Source: a bacterium (lineage in GTDB: Bacteria > Patescibacteriota > Microgenomatia > UBA8517). From it: 64,000 nucleotides of DNA. Where the stretch lies: assembly GCA_030583725.1 (NCBI GenBank), contig CP129472.1, positions 671,040 through 735,039 of the forward strand. Direction: 5' to 3'. Below the pieces are notes generated by a model. That model was not told the origin of the DNA, ran no database searches, and saw only the letters and a list, made by a program, of their open reading frames with translations. The position numbers were made by a program, and so were the translations under genes. Positions 29,953 through 40,000 of this stretch are shown one piece after another (position 1 is the stretch's first letter; every line of letters starts with the position of its first letter).

Positions 29953-31365
29953 AAGCAGTACCAGTTTTCCAAGTTGTACAGAGCTAGCTACCTGTTCTGC
30001 TCCGTATCCCGTCATTTGCCTCATACATCCATAGCTTGCACTTATTCCATTCTGATCAACGCAAGCTTGGACTGCTTCTTCTGAGCTACTATATCCAAGC
30101 TGTTGCCATTGAAAAATATTGCCTGAATCAGAAAACGCTTGCAAATATCTCCCTATGATTGGTGCATTATATACTTGGTTCAACTTTTTATTACATTCTG
30201 CTGTCTGATCGTGGGTTAGTCCTTCACGGTTACAATCAGCAAAGTTGTTTGTCTGTTGCATATTTACAGTTGGTTTGGCCAACTGTGCCACGTCTTTTGT
30301 GTGCAAACTTTGTGTTATGGCATACAGTATTTCGGTGGTGTCTGCATTATTAATTGTAGATGTAACAGTTCTTAAAAATCCATCGCCTAGTTTTTCTACA
30401 GTTGGCCTGTAAGTTTGGTAGGCAACTGGTATGGTAACAGCATCAATTACTTTTTGATCTTGGTCTTTTGCAATTGTTGTTAAGTCACGTGTTGTTCCTG
30501 AATCATCACGGTTAACTTCAATGCTAACAGATGTACTTGCTATGCAAGCTCCGTTTGTACAACCATTCTGGCAATTTTGACTTACCCAGATTCCATTTTG
30601 AGAACAAGTTCTTAATGTGTTTCCACTACATTCTTTTTCTCCGCTGCTACATTCTTTGGTGCTAACTGTTACAGAACCAGTAGATGAAGTTGAACAGGAC
30701 GTTGATGTGACAACTACCTCCTCACTACAAGTTGTTGTTTTCCATATTTGACAATAGACATTGCTTGGGCAGTTACTACCATCACCACAAAAAGAGGAAA
30801 CTAGTGAGACATTACAAAAACTACCTTCAGTGTTATTGCTCTGTTGACTTATCTGATTTTGGGCTTGTTGTTGAACCTCTTGTTTGTACGTTTCCTGTGC
30901 GTATGATGGTACATTTTCAGGTTTGACTTGGCTTAAGGATCCTTCTCCTACTTTCCATCTACCGTCTGATCCACAAGTTGCATAACTTCCGATTCCTCCA
31001 TAGAGAACAACATCACCAGCAGAATATTGTTTTCCGTTGGCATCACAGGTGGTACCGGTTGAGGATGTTGTGCTGTTCGTGGTGACTGCAACCTCCTCGC
31101 CCTTGTAGTTTATATTTACACCACACTGGTTGTTACAATAAACTCTACCTTTTTCTTTTCTACATTCGTCAAAACAACTGTTACCTGAAGCCTTTTCTGA
31201 GATATTTAGGGAAAAATTCTTGTTTGTAGTAACTGCAGTACCCACAATTAAAGTAACAACCAAAAACAAGACACTAATAATACTCAAAGGGTCAATAACA
31301 CCCTTAATATATTTTTGAGATTTAGGCATTAATTCATTATATAATAGAATATGGGCTGTTATCAC
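29953..31365 (-). CDS. membrane-anchored Cys-rich extracellular protein (471 aa)
   Basis: N-terminal TM VLFLVVTLIVGTAV. CFDECRKEKGRVYCNNQCGVNINY module, paralogous to the N-terminus of the LPXTG protein at 18909. Numerous Cys pairs and Ser/Thr-rich stretches. Confidence 0.6.
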
Positions 31366-31471
31366 AATAAAATTGTGTTGACAGCTATGTTTGGGCTGTT
31401 AGTACAGTGGTAGTACACATCATTCGCATTGATGAAACGCCAGTCCGATTCTGGCACAGTCCACTTAATGT

Positions 31472-33343
31472 TTACTCTTGTGGGGGTAACTCAACTTGAG
31501 GCTCTATAATTGGTTCAGGTAGAGATTCAGGTTGTGTCAAAGACTCTATTTTTTCCAGTTCTTTTAGTGCTGTTTCGTAGTTTAGATCATCTTTGCCCAA
31601 TAGATTTAAGACTATTTGTATATTTTCCCTTGCTTTTTCTGTTTGCCCTGCCTCTTTATATGAAATTGCCAAGTTGTAATATGAATTAGCATAATCTGGT
31701 TTTGCAAGAACTGCCAACTTAAAAACTTCAATAGCTCTTTCGTAGTCACCAAGAGAGTGGTAAAGTCCGCCCAATCTAATTCTTAATATTGGGTTAGTTG
31801 GGTCAAGTGAAATTGCTTGTGTAAGAGTTTGGATTGCAAAAGTGTCAGCACCTTGTGCAAACGAAATTATTGTCTGATAGATATTTGAGAGAGCATCCCA
31901 GTTTGAGGATTTATTAGGACCAATAGAAACAGCAGCCTTACCTTCAACAATTGATTGTTGAATTAATTGTGATATTGTTTCTTTGTCTTGGTCTGTTAAA
32001 TCTTCTTTTCTAGCTATATTTTCAGCTAAAGCCAAGTTAATTCCTGCTGACAGCTGGTGATATTTGTCTGAATATGGGTTTATCTTAACAGCCTTGTTAA
32101 TCAATTCAAAGGCCATAACTCCTTGGCTGTTACCAATTTCTTTAATAGTCTTGTTAAATAATAGTTCTGCATAATATGCACGTCCAAATAGATAACTAGC
32201 CCCAATTAAAATGAAAATAATAGGGGTAACCAATAAAACAATTGCATATCTTTTTACAAAGAAAGCAACTTTACCATCTTTAACCTCTGCACTTAATGCA
32301 AGAAATAAAAATAAAAGAGGTAAGATTGACATAGATAGGGGAAGACTAATAAAACCAAGTGAAAGAATTGCAAGTGATACAAATAATGAATTTTCAAACT
32401 CAGGTTTTCTAAATGCAAGATACATTAAGGTTAAAAGAGTAACAAAACCTAAAATACCTGTTTCAGTAAATAAAGTTAGTAATGAACTTGTACTCTGGGT
32501 ATATTTTAAATTCCAGTTTGGACTCAAGTTAAACGCAACGGGTCTAAATTGATTAAATGCTTGTAAGTAGTTTCCTGGCCCAGAACCTAAGAGGGGACTT
32601 ATTTTTAATGAATCGATTGCTACTGACCAACCAGTTTTAAAATCTAGTATTTTAGGAGTAGTTTGTCTATTTGGCAAAATTAAATAAATTGAAGTAGAAA
32701 TACTAATCAAAAAGACAACAGATACAATTAGTGAAAGAATCTTTTCTGAAATGTCAGTTTTGTTAAAAGCTTTCTTGATCAATATAGGAAGTAAAGCTAT
32801 TAAAAAGACAATTAAGTTCAAGGTACTACCTAGGGGGTTAAAAAATTGTAATTTAATAACCTCTGGTAGTTGTGGAATTAGGTTGGTTATACCTAAAAAT
32901 GAGGCAATTTGAATTGTTGATACCGTCAAACCAGATGCCAAAATAACATTTACTAAATTGTTTTTATCCTTTTTACTAATTTGGTTTATCAAAAAGTAGT
33001 AGATACCTGCAATTAATACAAAACTTGCAGTACCGGGCAAAAGAAATGCATCAACTTTATTTGCGCTAGAGAATAGACCTGAAAGTAGGATAGCTACCAT
33101 AAAAACTATAACTGCAAAATCAAGCTTGCTGGAGTTAAATTCAACACTTCCCTTGATAATTGACTTAGTAATTTTTAAAAGCACTAAAATTACTACAGAC
33201 AACACTCCTAATAATAATTTAGGTAGTTCAAACGCATTTTCAAAAAATGGAAAGAACAATAGGGGAAACAAAAACAAACTTATATATATAGTGTATTTTT
33301 CAATAGCTGTTAAGCTGGATTTAATATTGTCTAAATATTTCAT
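31472..33343 (-). CDS. polytopic membrane protein with C-terminal TPR repeats (O-antigen ligase/Wzy-like + TPR architecture)
   Basis: ~10 predicted TM segments in the N-terminal 400 aa. C-terminal TPR-like repeats (YERAIEVFKLAVLAKPDYANSYYNLAISYKEAGQTEKA). Confidence 0.5.
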   Translation of the reverse strand: MKYLDNIKSSLTAIEKYTIYISLFLFPLLFFPFFENAFELPKLLLGVLSVVILVLLKITKSIIKGSVEFNSSKLDFAVIVFMVAILLSGLFSSANKVDAFLLPGTASFVLIAGIYYFLINQISKKDKNNLVNVILASGLTVSTIQIASFLGITNLIPQLPEVIKLQFFNPLGSTLNLIVFLIALLPILIKKAFNKTDISEKILSLIVSVVFLISISTSIYLILPNRQTTPKILDFKTGWSVAIDSLKISPLLGSGPGNYLQAFNQFRPVAFNLSPNWNLKYTQSTSSLLTLFTETGILGFVTLLTLMYLAFRKPEFENSLFVSLAILSLGFISLPLSMSILPLLFLFLALSAEVKDGKVAFFVKRYAIVLLVTPIIFILIGASYLFGRAYYAELLFNKTIKEIGNSQGVMAFELINKAVKINPYSDKYHQLSAGINLALAENIARKEDLTDQDKETISQLIQQSIVEGKAAVSIGPNKSSNWDALSNIYQTIISFAQGADTFAIQTLTQAISLDPTNPILRIRLGGLYHSLGDYERAIEVFKLAVLAKPDYANSYYNLAISYKEAGQTEKARENIQIVLNLLGKDDLNYETALKELEKIESLTQPESLPEPIIEPQVELPPQE

Positions 33344-33454
33344 ATTTTATAAGTGTAACAAGATTTTTTTAATTTGTCTTGTTTAAAACTGCCTCAAGTT
33401 CATGATCATATCACTGCAGCTCGATTATCCACCCCGTAAAACGGGGCAGGCTGG

Positions 33455-34687
33455 TTAAAAACTTTTCAAAAGTAAAAAATCAGAGATGCTTAAATGCTTA
33501 ATTCCATCTGTGTTTCCACTTGCCATACTATCCATTGATACTACAAATTTAGGATAATTATCCTTGATGCTCAGTAAATTACCAAATTCTCTTGCCCTGA
33601 CTTTTTGAGAGGACAATAAATATGTCACTTGAACATAAACCCTTTTTCCTGAATGCTCTCCGACAAAATCAACTTCTGTTTTTCCTAATTGACCAACGTA
33701 AACAACATATCCTAATTCGATAAGTTTTGAATAGACCAAATTTTCAAGAATCTTGTTAATATCGGTTTGCTTAAAATTTGAGACAACATGTTTTAAACCT
33801 AAGTCTTCAAAATAATATTTTTCGCCAATCTCAAATATTTTTTTGCCTACAATATCGATTCGCTGTGTTTTATTTATAAAATAGCTTCCTGTTATAGACG
33901 ATAGATAATTTAATACAGTATTTGGCGATAGATTGATATTTTGAGATTTTAAAAAGTCGCTAATCTTTTTGGCAGATACAATAGAGCCTAAATTATCTGA
34001 CAAGTATTCAATTAATCTATTTAAGAAATTGATATTTCGAATTGCATACCTTTTAACAACATCTTTTAAGATTACAGTGTCATAAACACCCTTTAAGTAG
34101 CCATAAACTTGGTCGTCATTTAGCTCCAAATTAATTAGATAGGGGAGTCCGCCATATTTTATATATTTTTCCAAAGATGGGTTGTCATTTTCCAGCTTAT
34201 GAAACTTCAAAAATTCACTGTAAGACAAGGGATGGACTCGAAATTCAATAAATCTCCCTGAAAGTTTGCCTGCGATATCAGATGATAACATTTGGCTGTT
34301 ACTGCCTGTTAAAAATATGTCAAACTTTTTGCTTGAAAAAAAGCTTCTAATCGCTTTTTCAAAATTTTCTATTTCTTGTACCTCATCAATAAACAGATAA
34401 TTCATACCTATCTTTTTTAGAGGGGTAATATATTTAATAAGATCGTGATAATTTTTAATCTTGTCAAATTCATAGCTTTCTTTGTTTATATAGATGATAT
34501 TTGCCTTTTTGTTATTATTTTTAATAACATCAATTATTTCAAGCATTAAATAACTTTTCCCAACCCTTCTTTGGCCAGTAATAACTTTGACGATATTTTT
34601 ACCAATAAACGGCCTTATTAAGTCAATATACCTATCTCTAGTCATATATATTTTATTTGTATCTAAAACTTCTGTATTTTTTATCAT
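33455..34687 (-). CDS. AAA+ ATPase of the AAA_14/DUF4143 family
   Basis: Walker A ITGQRRVGKSYLM. Walker B LFIDEVQ. Characteristic DUF4143-type C-terminal half. Confidence 0.7.
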   Translation of the reverse strand: MIKNTEVLDTNKIYMTRDRYIDLIRPFIGKNIVKVITGQRRVGKSYLMLEIIDVIKNNNKKANIIYINKESYEFDKIKNYHDLIKYITPLKKIGMNYLFIDEVQEIENFEKAIRSFFSSKKFDIFLTGSNSQMLSSDIAGKLSGRFIEFRVHPLSYSEFLKFHKLENDNPSLEKYIKYGGLPYLINLELNDDQVYGYLKGVYDTVILKDVVKRYAIRNINFLNRLIEYLSDNLGSIVSAKKISDFLKSQNINLSPNTVLNYLSSITGSYFINKTQRIDIVGKKIFEIGEKYYFEDLGLKHVVSNFKQTDINKILENLVYSKLIELGYVVYVGQLGKTEVDFVGEHSGKRVYVQVTYLLSSQKVRAREFGNLLSIKDNYPKFVVSMDSMASGNTDGIKHLSISDFLLLKSF

Positions 34688-34712
34688 TTCTTTTAAGTAT
34701 AACTATAACTTT

Positions 34713-34943
34713 TTAGTTAGTCAAGACGGGTTCACTTTCTATTGATTCCAGTTCAATAATCCACCAGTTAAACTCAACGTCTGATTCGAGTGTTTCAGAA
34801 AAACCAACCTCAAAGTAACCAGTATCTTTAGATTTTACATATAGCACTTTGTTTTGTGTAGAAGCTATTGGTGTTATATAGATTAGAGTATTAAGAGATA
34901 CTTTGTTATTGTTTATTCTAACCTTCCTTGTGTTTGCAGGCAA
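34713..34943 (-). pseudogene. orphan copy of the C-terminal ~70 aa of the giant surface protein (no ATG; TTG at most)
   Basis: Translation ...ATAGKAVLPANTRKVRINNNKVSLNTLIYITPIASTQNKVLYVKSKDTGYFEVGFSETLESDVEFNWWIIELE is ~95% identical to the end of the 37082..44188 product. In-frame sequence upstream runs into a stop with no ATG. Confidence 0.55.
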
Positions 34944-34968
34944 AACTGCTTTTCCTGCTGTTGCATGG
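34752..34968. repeat. direct repeat copy A (~215 bp; 146-bp core identical to 37140-37285)
   Basis: Manual alignment with 37097-37313. Core CAGAAAAACCAACCTCAAAG...GTGTTTGCAGG identical. Flanks have a few mismatches. Confidence 0.85.
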
Positions 34969-34977
34969 TGGTGATTA

Positions 34978-35802
34978 TTAACTTTTTATAATTAAGCGAT
35001 TAGGATTAAATATATCTTTCCAAGTCATGAATCTGCCGTTTTTTTTCAAATCACTATCCAATTTTCTATCAACTGAGTAATTTGAACCAATGTCATAATC
35101 TGGGACAGTAAGTGAACCAAACCTCTTTGCTAATGTAAGTTTGTTATTTTCTGTATAGATCATTAAGTACGATGGAATTGGATTGAATTTGTTTAAAGCT
35201 AATAAAGCATACATAAATTTACTATTAGTTTCTCTTGCTTGTGATGATCCGCCTCCACCTCGGTGAGCGTATTTTTTATTACCATCTTGCCAAATGAAAA
35301 GATTATCAAATAGTGTACGCCAATCAACCCAATTCAAAGGTTCAGGAAGATTGTAATATCTTTCCCTTTTATATTCACACCGATTTTTAAATAATTTAGT
35401 ATGATTCTTATTTTTTAAAAGAATCTCATCTTTATATTTTGGTTCAATTTCTTTTTTAAAAATTAAATCATCGTTTCGATCGTACTTATCTAACCAGCTT
35501 CTATATACTTCATTAACTTCATCTTCTCCATATTCTTCATATAGTTTTTTAAAAAGTAGTTCATGATAAAGGGTTTGTATAGGAATTTTAGTTAATTTGA
35601 CATATTTCTTTTTATGTCTAAGTTCCCATTTTAATCTTTCGATAAATATCGAAACAACATAAGGATTTTTATTTTTTATTTCTTTGATAATTTCCCCGTG
35701 GTTATTAAAATTTTCAGGAGACCAAAGAACATCCTTCAATAAATTATGATCAAAATTAGAAGAAAGTACAGTCTTTTTATTATTTATATAAATATGATTC
35801 AC
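34978..35802 (-). CDS. hypothetical protein (274 aa), Lys/Tyr-rich, with a GGGG stretch
   Basis: ORF immediately downstream (4 nt) of the DUF4143 ATPase at 35807..37018. No family recognised. Confidence 0.5.
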   Translation of the reverse strand: MNHIYINNKKTVLSSNFDHNLLKDVLWSPENFNNHGEIIKEIKNKNPYVVSIFIERLKWELRHKKKYVKLTKIPIQTLYHELLFKKLYEEYGEDEVNEVYRSWLDKYDRNDDLIFKKEIEPKYKDEILLKNKNHTKLFKNRCEYKRERYYNLPEPLNWVDWRTLFDNLFIWQDGNKKYAHRGGGGSSQARETNSKFMYALLALNKFNPIPSYLMIYTENNKLTLAKRFGSLTVPDYDIGSNYSVDRKLDSDLKKNGRFMTWKDIFNPNRLIIKS

Positions 35803-35806
35803 GGTT

Positions 35807-37018
35807 TTAAAGATATGTCCAAGGAATTACAGTAATACGATCACTTAATTTGTATGGTTTTTGATCCGTTGTAATAACATATCCTTTTTCTAGTTTGTTA
35901 TCATCTAAAAAAGTATTAAGACCAGATAAATCTTTTAATCCGATGTTTTTACCTGACTTAATTTCTATAGGAATAACTTTGTTATTAGTCTCAATGATTA
36001 AATCTACCTCAAGACCACTTTGTGTTCTCCAATAATATAATTTAAAATCACCTTTTAAATTTTGCCTTCTAAACATTTCTAAAATTACAAAATGTTCAAA
36101 TAATGAACCTCTGTCAATATTGGTTAAATTTGCTTCAAGTGGAATATCGGCAACTGCATTTTTTACACCTATGTCAAAGAAATAATATTTCGGCGTTTTG
36201 ACAATTCTTTTTCTTGCATTTTTAATAAATGGAGGTAATTGATGAATTATGAGAGTATCTAATAATATTTGATAATATTCTTTAACAGTAATTACTGATA
36301 TCCCTGTTTGGTTTGAAAGTGAAGTAAAATTAGGGTTACCTCCTGATTCATATGCTGCAAGTTGTAAAAATGAGCTAAATAAACCTAGATTTCTACTTAT
36401 GGCTTCAGCTCTAATTTCTTCTTCTAAGTAAATTGTTGAATAACTATGGAGTAATTGTTTTCTTTGAGGAGCGGGGATAGAAACAACCTCAGGAAGAGAA
36501 CCATAAACCATGCAGTCATTAAGGCTGAAATTATTATCTTTCGTAATAATATTTGGCAATCCTATTTCTGGAATATAATTTTTGATAGTTATGCCAAGCT
36601 CTCCCCACATAAGTGGGTCAAGATGTTGAAGGATTAACCTTCCCGGCAGAAGGTTTGCATGCGACCTTCTCAATTTTCGTGCAGAGGATCCAGTTAATAT
36701 AAATTTTTTATGATGTTCATCAATTAGATATTGGATACTATCAAAAAGTGCAGGAACTTTTTGAATCTCATCAATATAAATAATATCAGCAGTGTTAGCT
36801 AATTCATATTCCTGAATAAGTCTGGCTGGTTCCTTTTCGTAAATGATTCTTAAGGCCGGATTTTGGAGGAGGATTGAGTCGAAATGATGTTTTTTGGACA
36901 AGACTTCTCTTATTAATGTCGATTTTCCAACCTGACGGGGTCCAAGCAACAAAATAGATTTGTTGTTTTTTAGTGTCTGATTTAGATTCCTTGAAATATG
37001 CCTAGTATATAAATACAT
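35807..37018 (-). CDS. AAA+ ATPase of the AAA_14/DUF4143 family (second copy)
   Basis: Walker A LLGPRQVGKSTLI. Walker B IYIDEIQ. DUF4143-like C-terminal half. Confidence 0.7.
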   Translation of the reverse strand: MYLYTRHISRNLNQTLKNNKSILLLGPRQVGKSTLIREVLSKKHHFDSILLQNPALRIIYEKEPARLIQEYELANTADIIYIDEIQKVPALFDSIQYLIDEHHKKFILTGSSARKLRRSHANLLPGRLILQHLDPLMWGELGITIKNYIPEIGLPNIITKDNNFSLNDCMVYGSLPEVVSIPAPQRKQLLHSYSTIYLEEEIRAEAISRNLGLFSSFLQLAAYESGGNPNFTSLSNQTGISVITVKEYYQILLDTLIIHQLPPFIKNARKRIVKTPKYYFFDIGVKNAVADIPLEANLTNIDRGSLFEHFVILEMFRRQNLKGDFKLYYWRTQSGLEVDLIIETNNKVIPIEIKSGKNIGLKDLSGLNTFLDDNKLEKGYVITTDQKPYKLSDRITVIPWTYL

Positions 37019-37081
37019 GTGTAAATCATATACCTACCTATATGATTTGTCAAGAAAAACATATCTCATTCATTAACAGCA

Positions 37082-40000
37082 CTAAATACCTTCTAATTCA
37101 ATAATCCACCAGTTAAATTCAACGTCTGTTTCTAGTGTATCAGAAAAACCAACCTCAAAGTAACCAGTATCTTTAGATTTTACATATAGCACTTTGTTTT
37201 GTGTAGAAGCTATTGGTGTTATATAGATTAGAGTATTAAGAGATACTTTGTTATTGTTTATTCTAACCTTCCTTGTGTTTGCAGGTAAAACTGCTTTTCC
37301 AGCTGTAGCATTTGAGTTTATTTCTCCTTCTACGATTGTTGCAGATTCTGTAGCAGTAGTATCAATATTATTTGCAACAATTATATTATTAATAGTTAGG
37401 TTACCTGCAACTTCAACATTACCCAAAAATTTAGTGTTTCCATCAATATCAACTGTTATTTTTCCTGCCATTATTTCAAGTGGGGTAGCTGCAAGAGATT
37501 GAATTTGTAGTGGCATATCAAGTGACTCTATTTTGTTGACAGTTAATAGGTCAGAGACAAAAAGTGATGATATTGCAGCTTGACCTGTAACATATAAGTT
37601 GTTTGCTTGTATACTTTCTGCAATCAAGTTAGTAAATGTACCATCTTCAAAAGAAGTATCAGTGCTCCAATTTTGACTTTCTGCCAATAAACTTTGGTTT
37701 GTTTCAACCTCACGCAATAATTCTTCAATTTCTGAAAGTCTGGTTGACTCAATATCATCTGCATATAATGTTCCTGAAATTGTTGCATCACCATTTACCG
37801 CTAATTGATTGGATTCAACAGTACCTTCAAAGTTTGCATTACCCAAAGAGTCAATTGATGCTACTTCTTGATTATCTTGTCCATTAATAACTAATCTTGC
37901 AGATTCAGAAGCTGAGAGATCAATGATTAAACTAGAATCTGCAATTGGGGAGATGATATTAGTTTTAATCTCTGGAGTAATTATGCCTGCAAAAATACCA
38001 ATCTGGGTAACTACTCTTTCTGTAACCACATCAATTAGTTCTCTGGTACTATATAGATAACGGTAAACTCGACTCTCCATGGACGTTGGATTTGGAGCGT
38101 AAGAATTATCAATAATTATAGTAATTGTGTCTTTTCCAGTGTTTGGTTCCCAGTTTTCAGTTGCTTTACCAATTGTACGGTCTCCAGCCATAGCTAGGGT
38201 GGCCAAACCCGGTGTTTGGGATGAGGTTAGTTCTGCTCCTGCAAAAATAGCAGGGGAGTTAGGGTCAATTTTGACCGGAATTCGACCAGCCAAACCCAAA
38301 AGCCTTCTATTTTCGGCTTCAATGCCTAAAGTTTTGCCTGCCTTGGTAGAAATAGCTCCAATTAGATTTGGGTCGTTAATTGATTTTGCCTTAGTAAGTA
38401 TAGGAACACTAAACTCATCCATTTTTCCGGTTATGGAAACTAAGTCTCCTGCACCAATTGAGTCATCATCAACTGTGTACCATTCTGCCAAATCAGCGCC
38501 AAAAACTACGGCATCAAGACGTAATTCCTGCTCTTCACCGGTGTAGTTATAAAGGCGGACGGTGTTGGTGTCAACTTGCTCAATTTTGTAGCCATCGTTG
38601 TAAGTAAGATATACATTTTCCACTTGAGGCTGATAGGAGTTGTTGGTGGTGGAGAGTATGATCCTATACTGTAAATACTCGTTCGGGGTAGAAGTTATTT
38701 TGGAAAAGTTATTATCAGTTAACAACTTTTCAGCTCTAACATTATCAATATATATAGTATTTGAGGATGCAATTAAGTTTGTAAACCTTAATTTTGTAAT
38801 AGCATCTCTTGCACCCGATTGTATGTCAGACAAATCCCAATATACCTTTTGCCAAACGTCAGCTGCGTCAATTTTTACAAACTCTTCCTGTTCCGTGCCG
38901 GCACTTTCTCCCATACCCACTTTTACAGTACTGCCAGTTTGCGAAGCTCTGATCCAAAAAGTGAGATAGTCGTAGCCGGAAAGATTAGCTGAAGTGATGG
39001 TGTCTTCAGCGTAACCACCATTGGTAGAAGAAGTAAGCTTGGTGAGATTACCGGCAGTTGCCTCATCTTCATCTTCAAACTGATCAACGTTTCTGGTGAC
39101 GTCACCATCGGCCACAGTCAAGTTAGTACCTGTCCACTCGGTATGGGTATTACCATCACTTAAATCAAGGTAGTTGGAGGTAGCAGTAAACGGTTTCCAA
39201 GCTTCCCAAGTTCCGTCAGTTGGGGACAGGGTAGAACCACTTCTGGTTTGGAAGGAAACTTTACTATATGGCACAATTGGAGTTTCCCACCTGATTGACT
39301 CAAGACTGGCTGAATTTGGGGTGCTTATTACTTTACTGTGATACAAACCATAGGTATGGTAGCCAGAGAGTGATGTGTTGGAAGCAGGGGAACTAGTTCC
39401 AGAAATCGATGACGAGTATTCAATTGCGATTCTGCCACTTCCCCCCGCTCCTCCGTGACTACCGGCGTAGCCACTACCAGCACTTCCACCCGTAGCGCTT
39501 ACCAGGGAAGATCCCAGTGTTAGGTTCTTGCCCATTATTTTGACGGAACCACCACTTGCCCCACCTCCACCTGTTCCGTGTGTAACACCGTTTGAACCCG
39601 CATTGCCGTTGGCCCTGATAGAACCGGTGACAGTAATATTTTCTGCGCTGACAGTTACTATTCCCCCAGCAGTACCGCCCGCACCACCACTCCCGGACCC
39701 CGTACCGTCTGAGTAACTTGCCCCACCTCCACCGCCAGAACCTAAATAAAGTTTTGCTAAGGTGGTGGAACCGTAGGTAGTACCAGCCAGTGTGCCGTAG
39801 GTACTTGTGTTACCAGCTGTGCCATATGATCCTCCTCCACCGCCCTGTCCTCCATTGTAAACGCCTCCGGCGCCACCGCCGATATTATTATTACCCGAAC
39901 CTATGGAATTCAAATTTGTACCAACACCATTTGAACCATTAGTCCTGTTTGGTGAAGGTCCGCCAGCTCCACCGGCGTAACCTAAACCGGTAGCGTGGAT

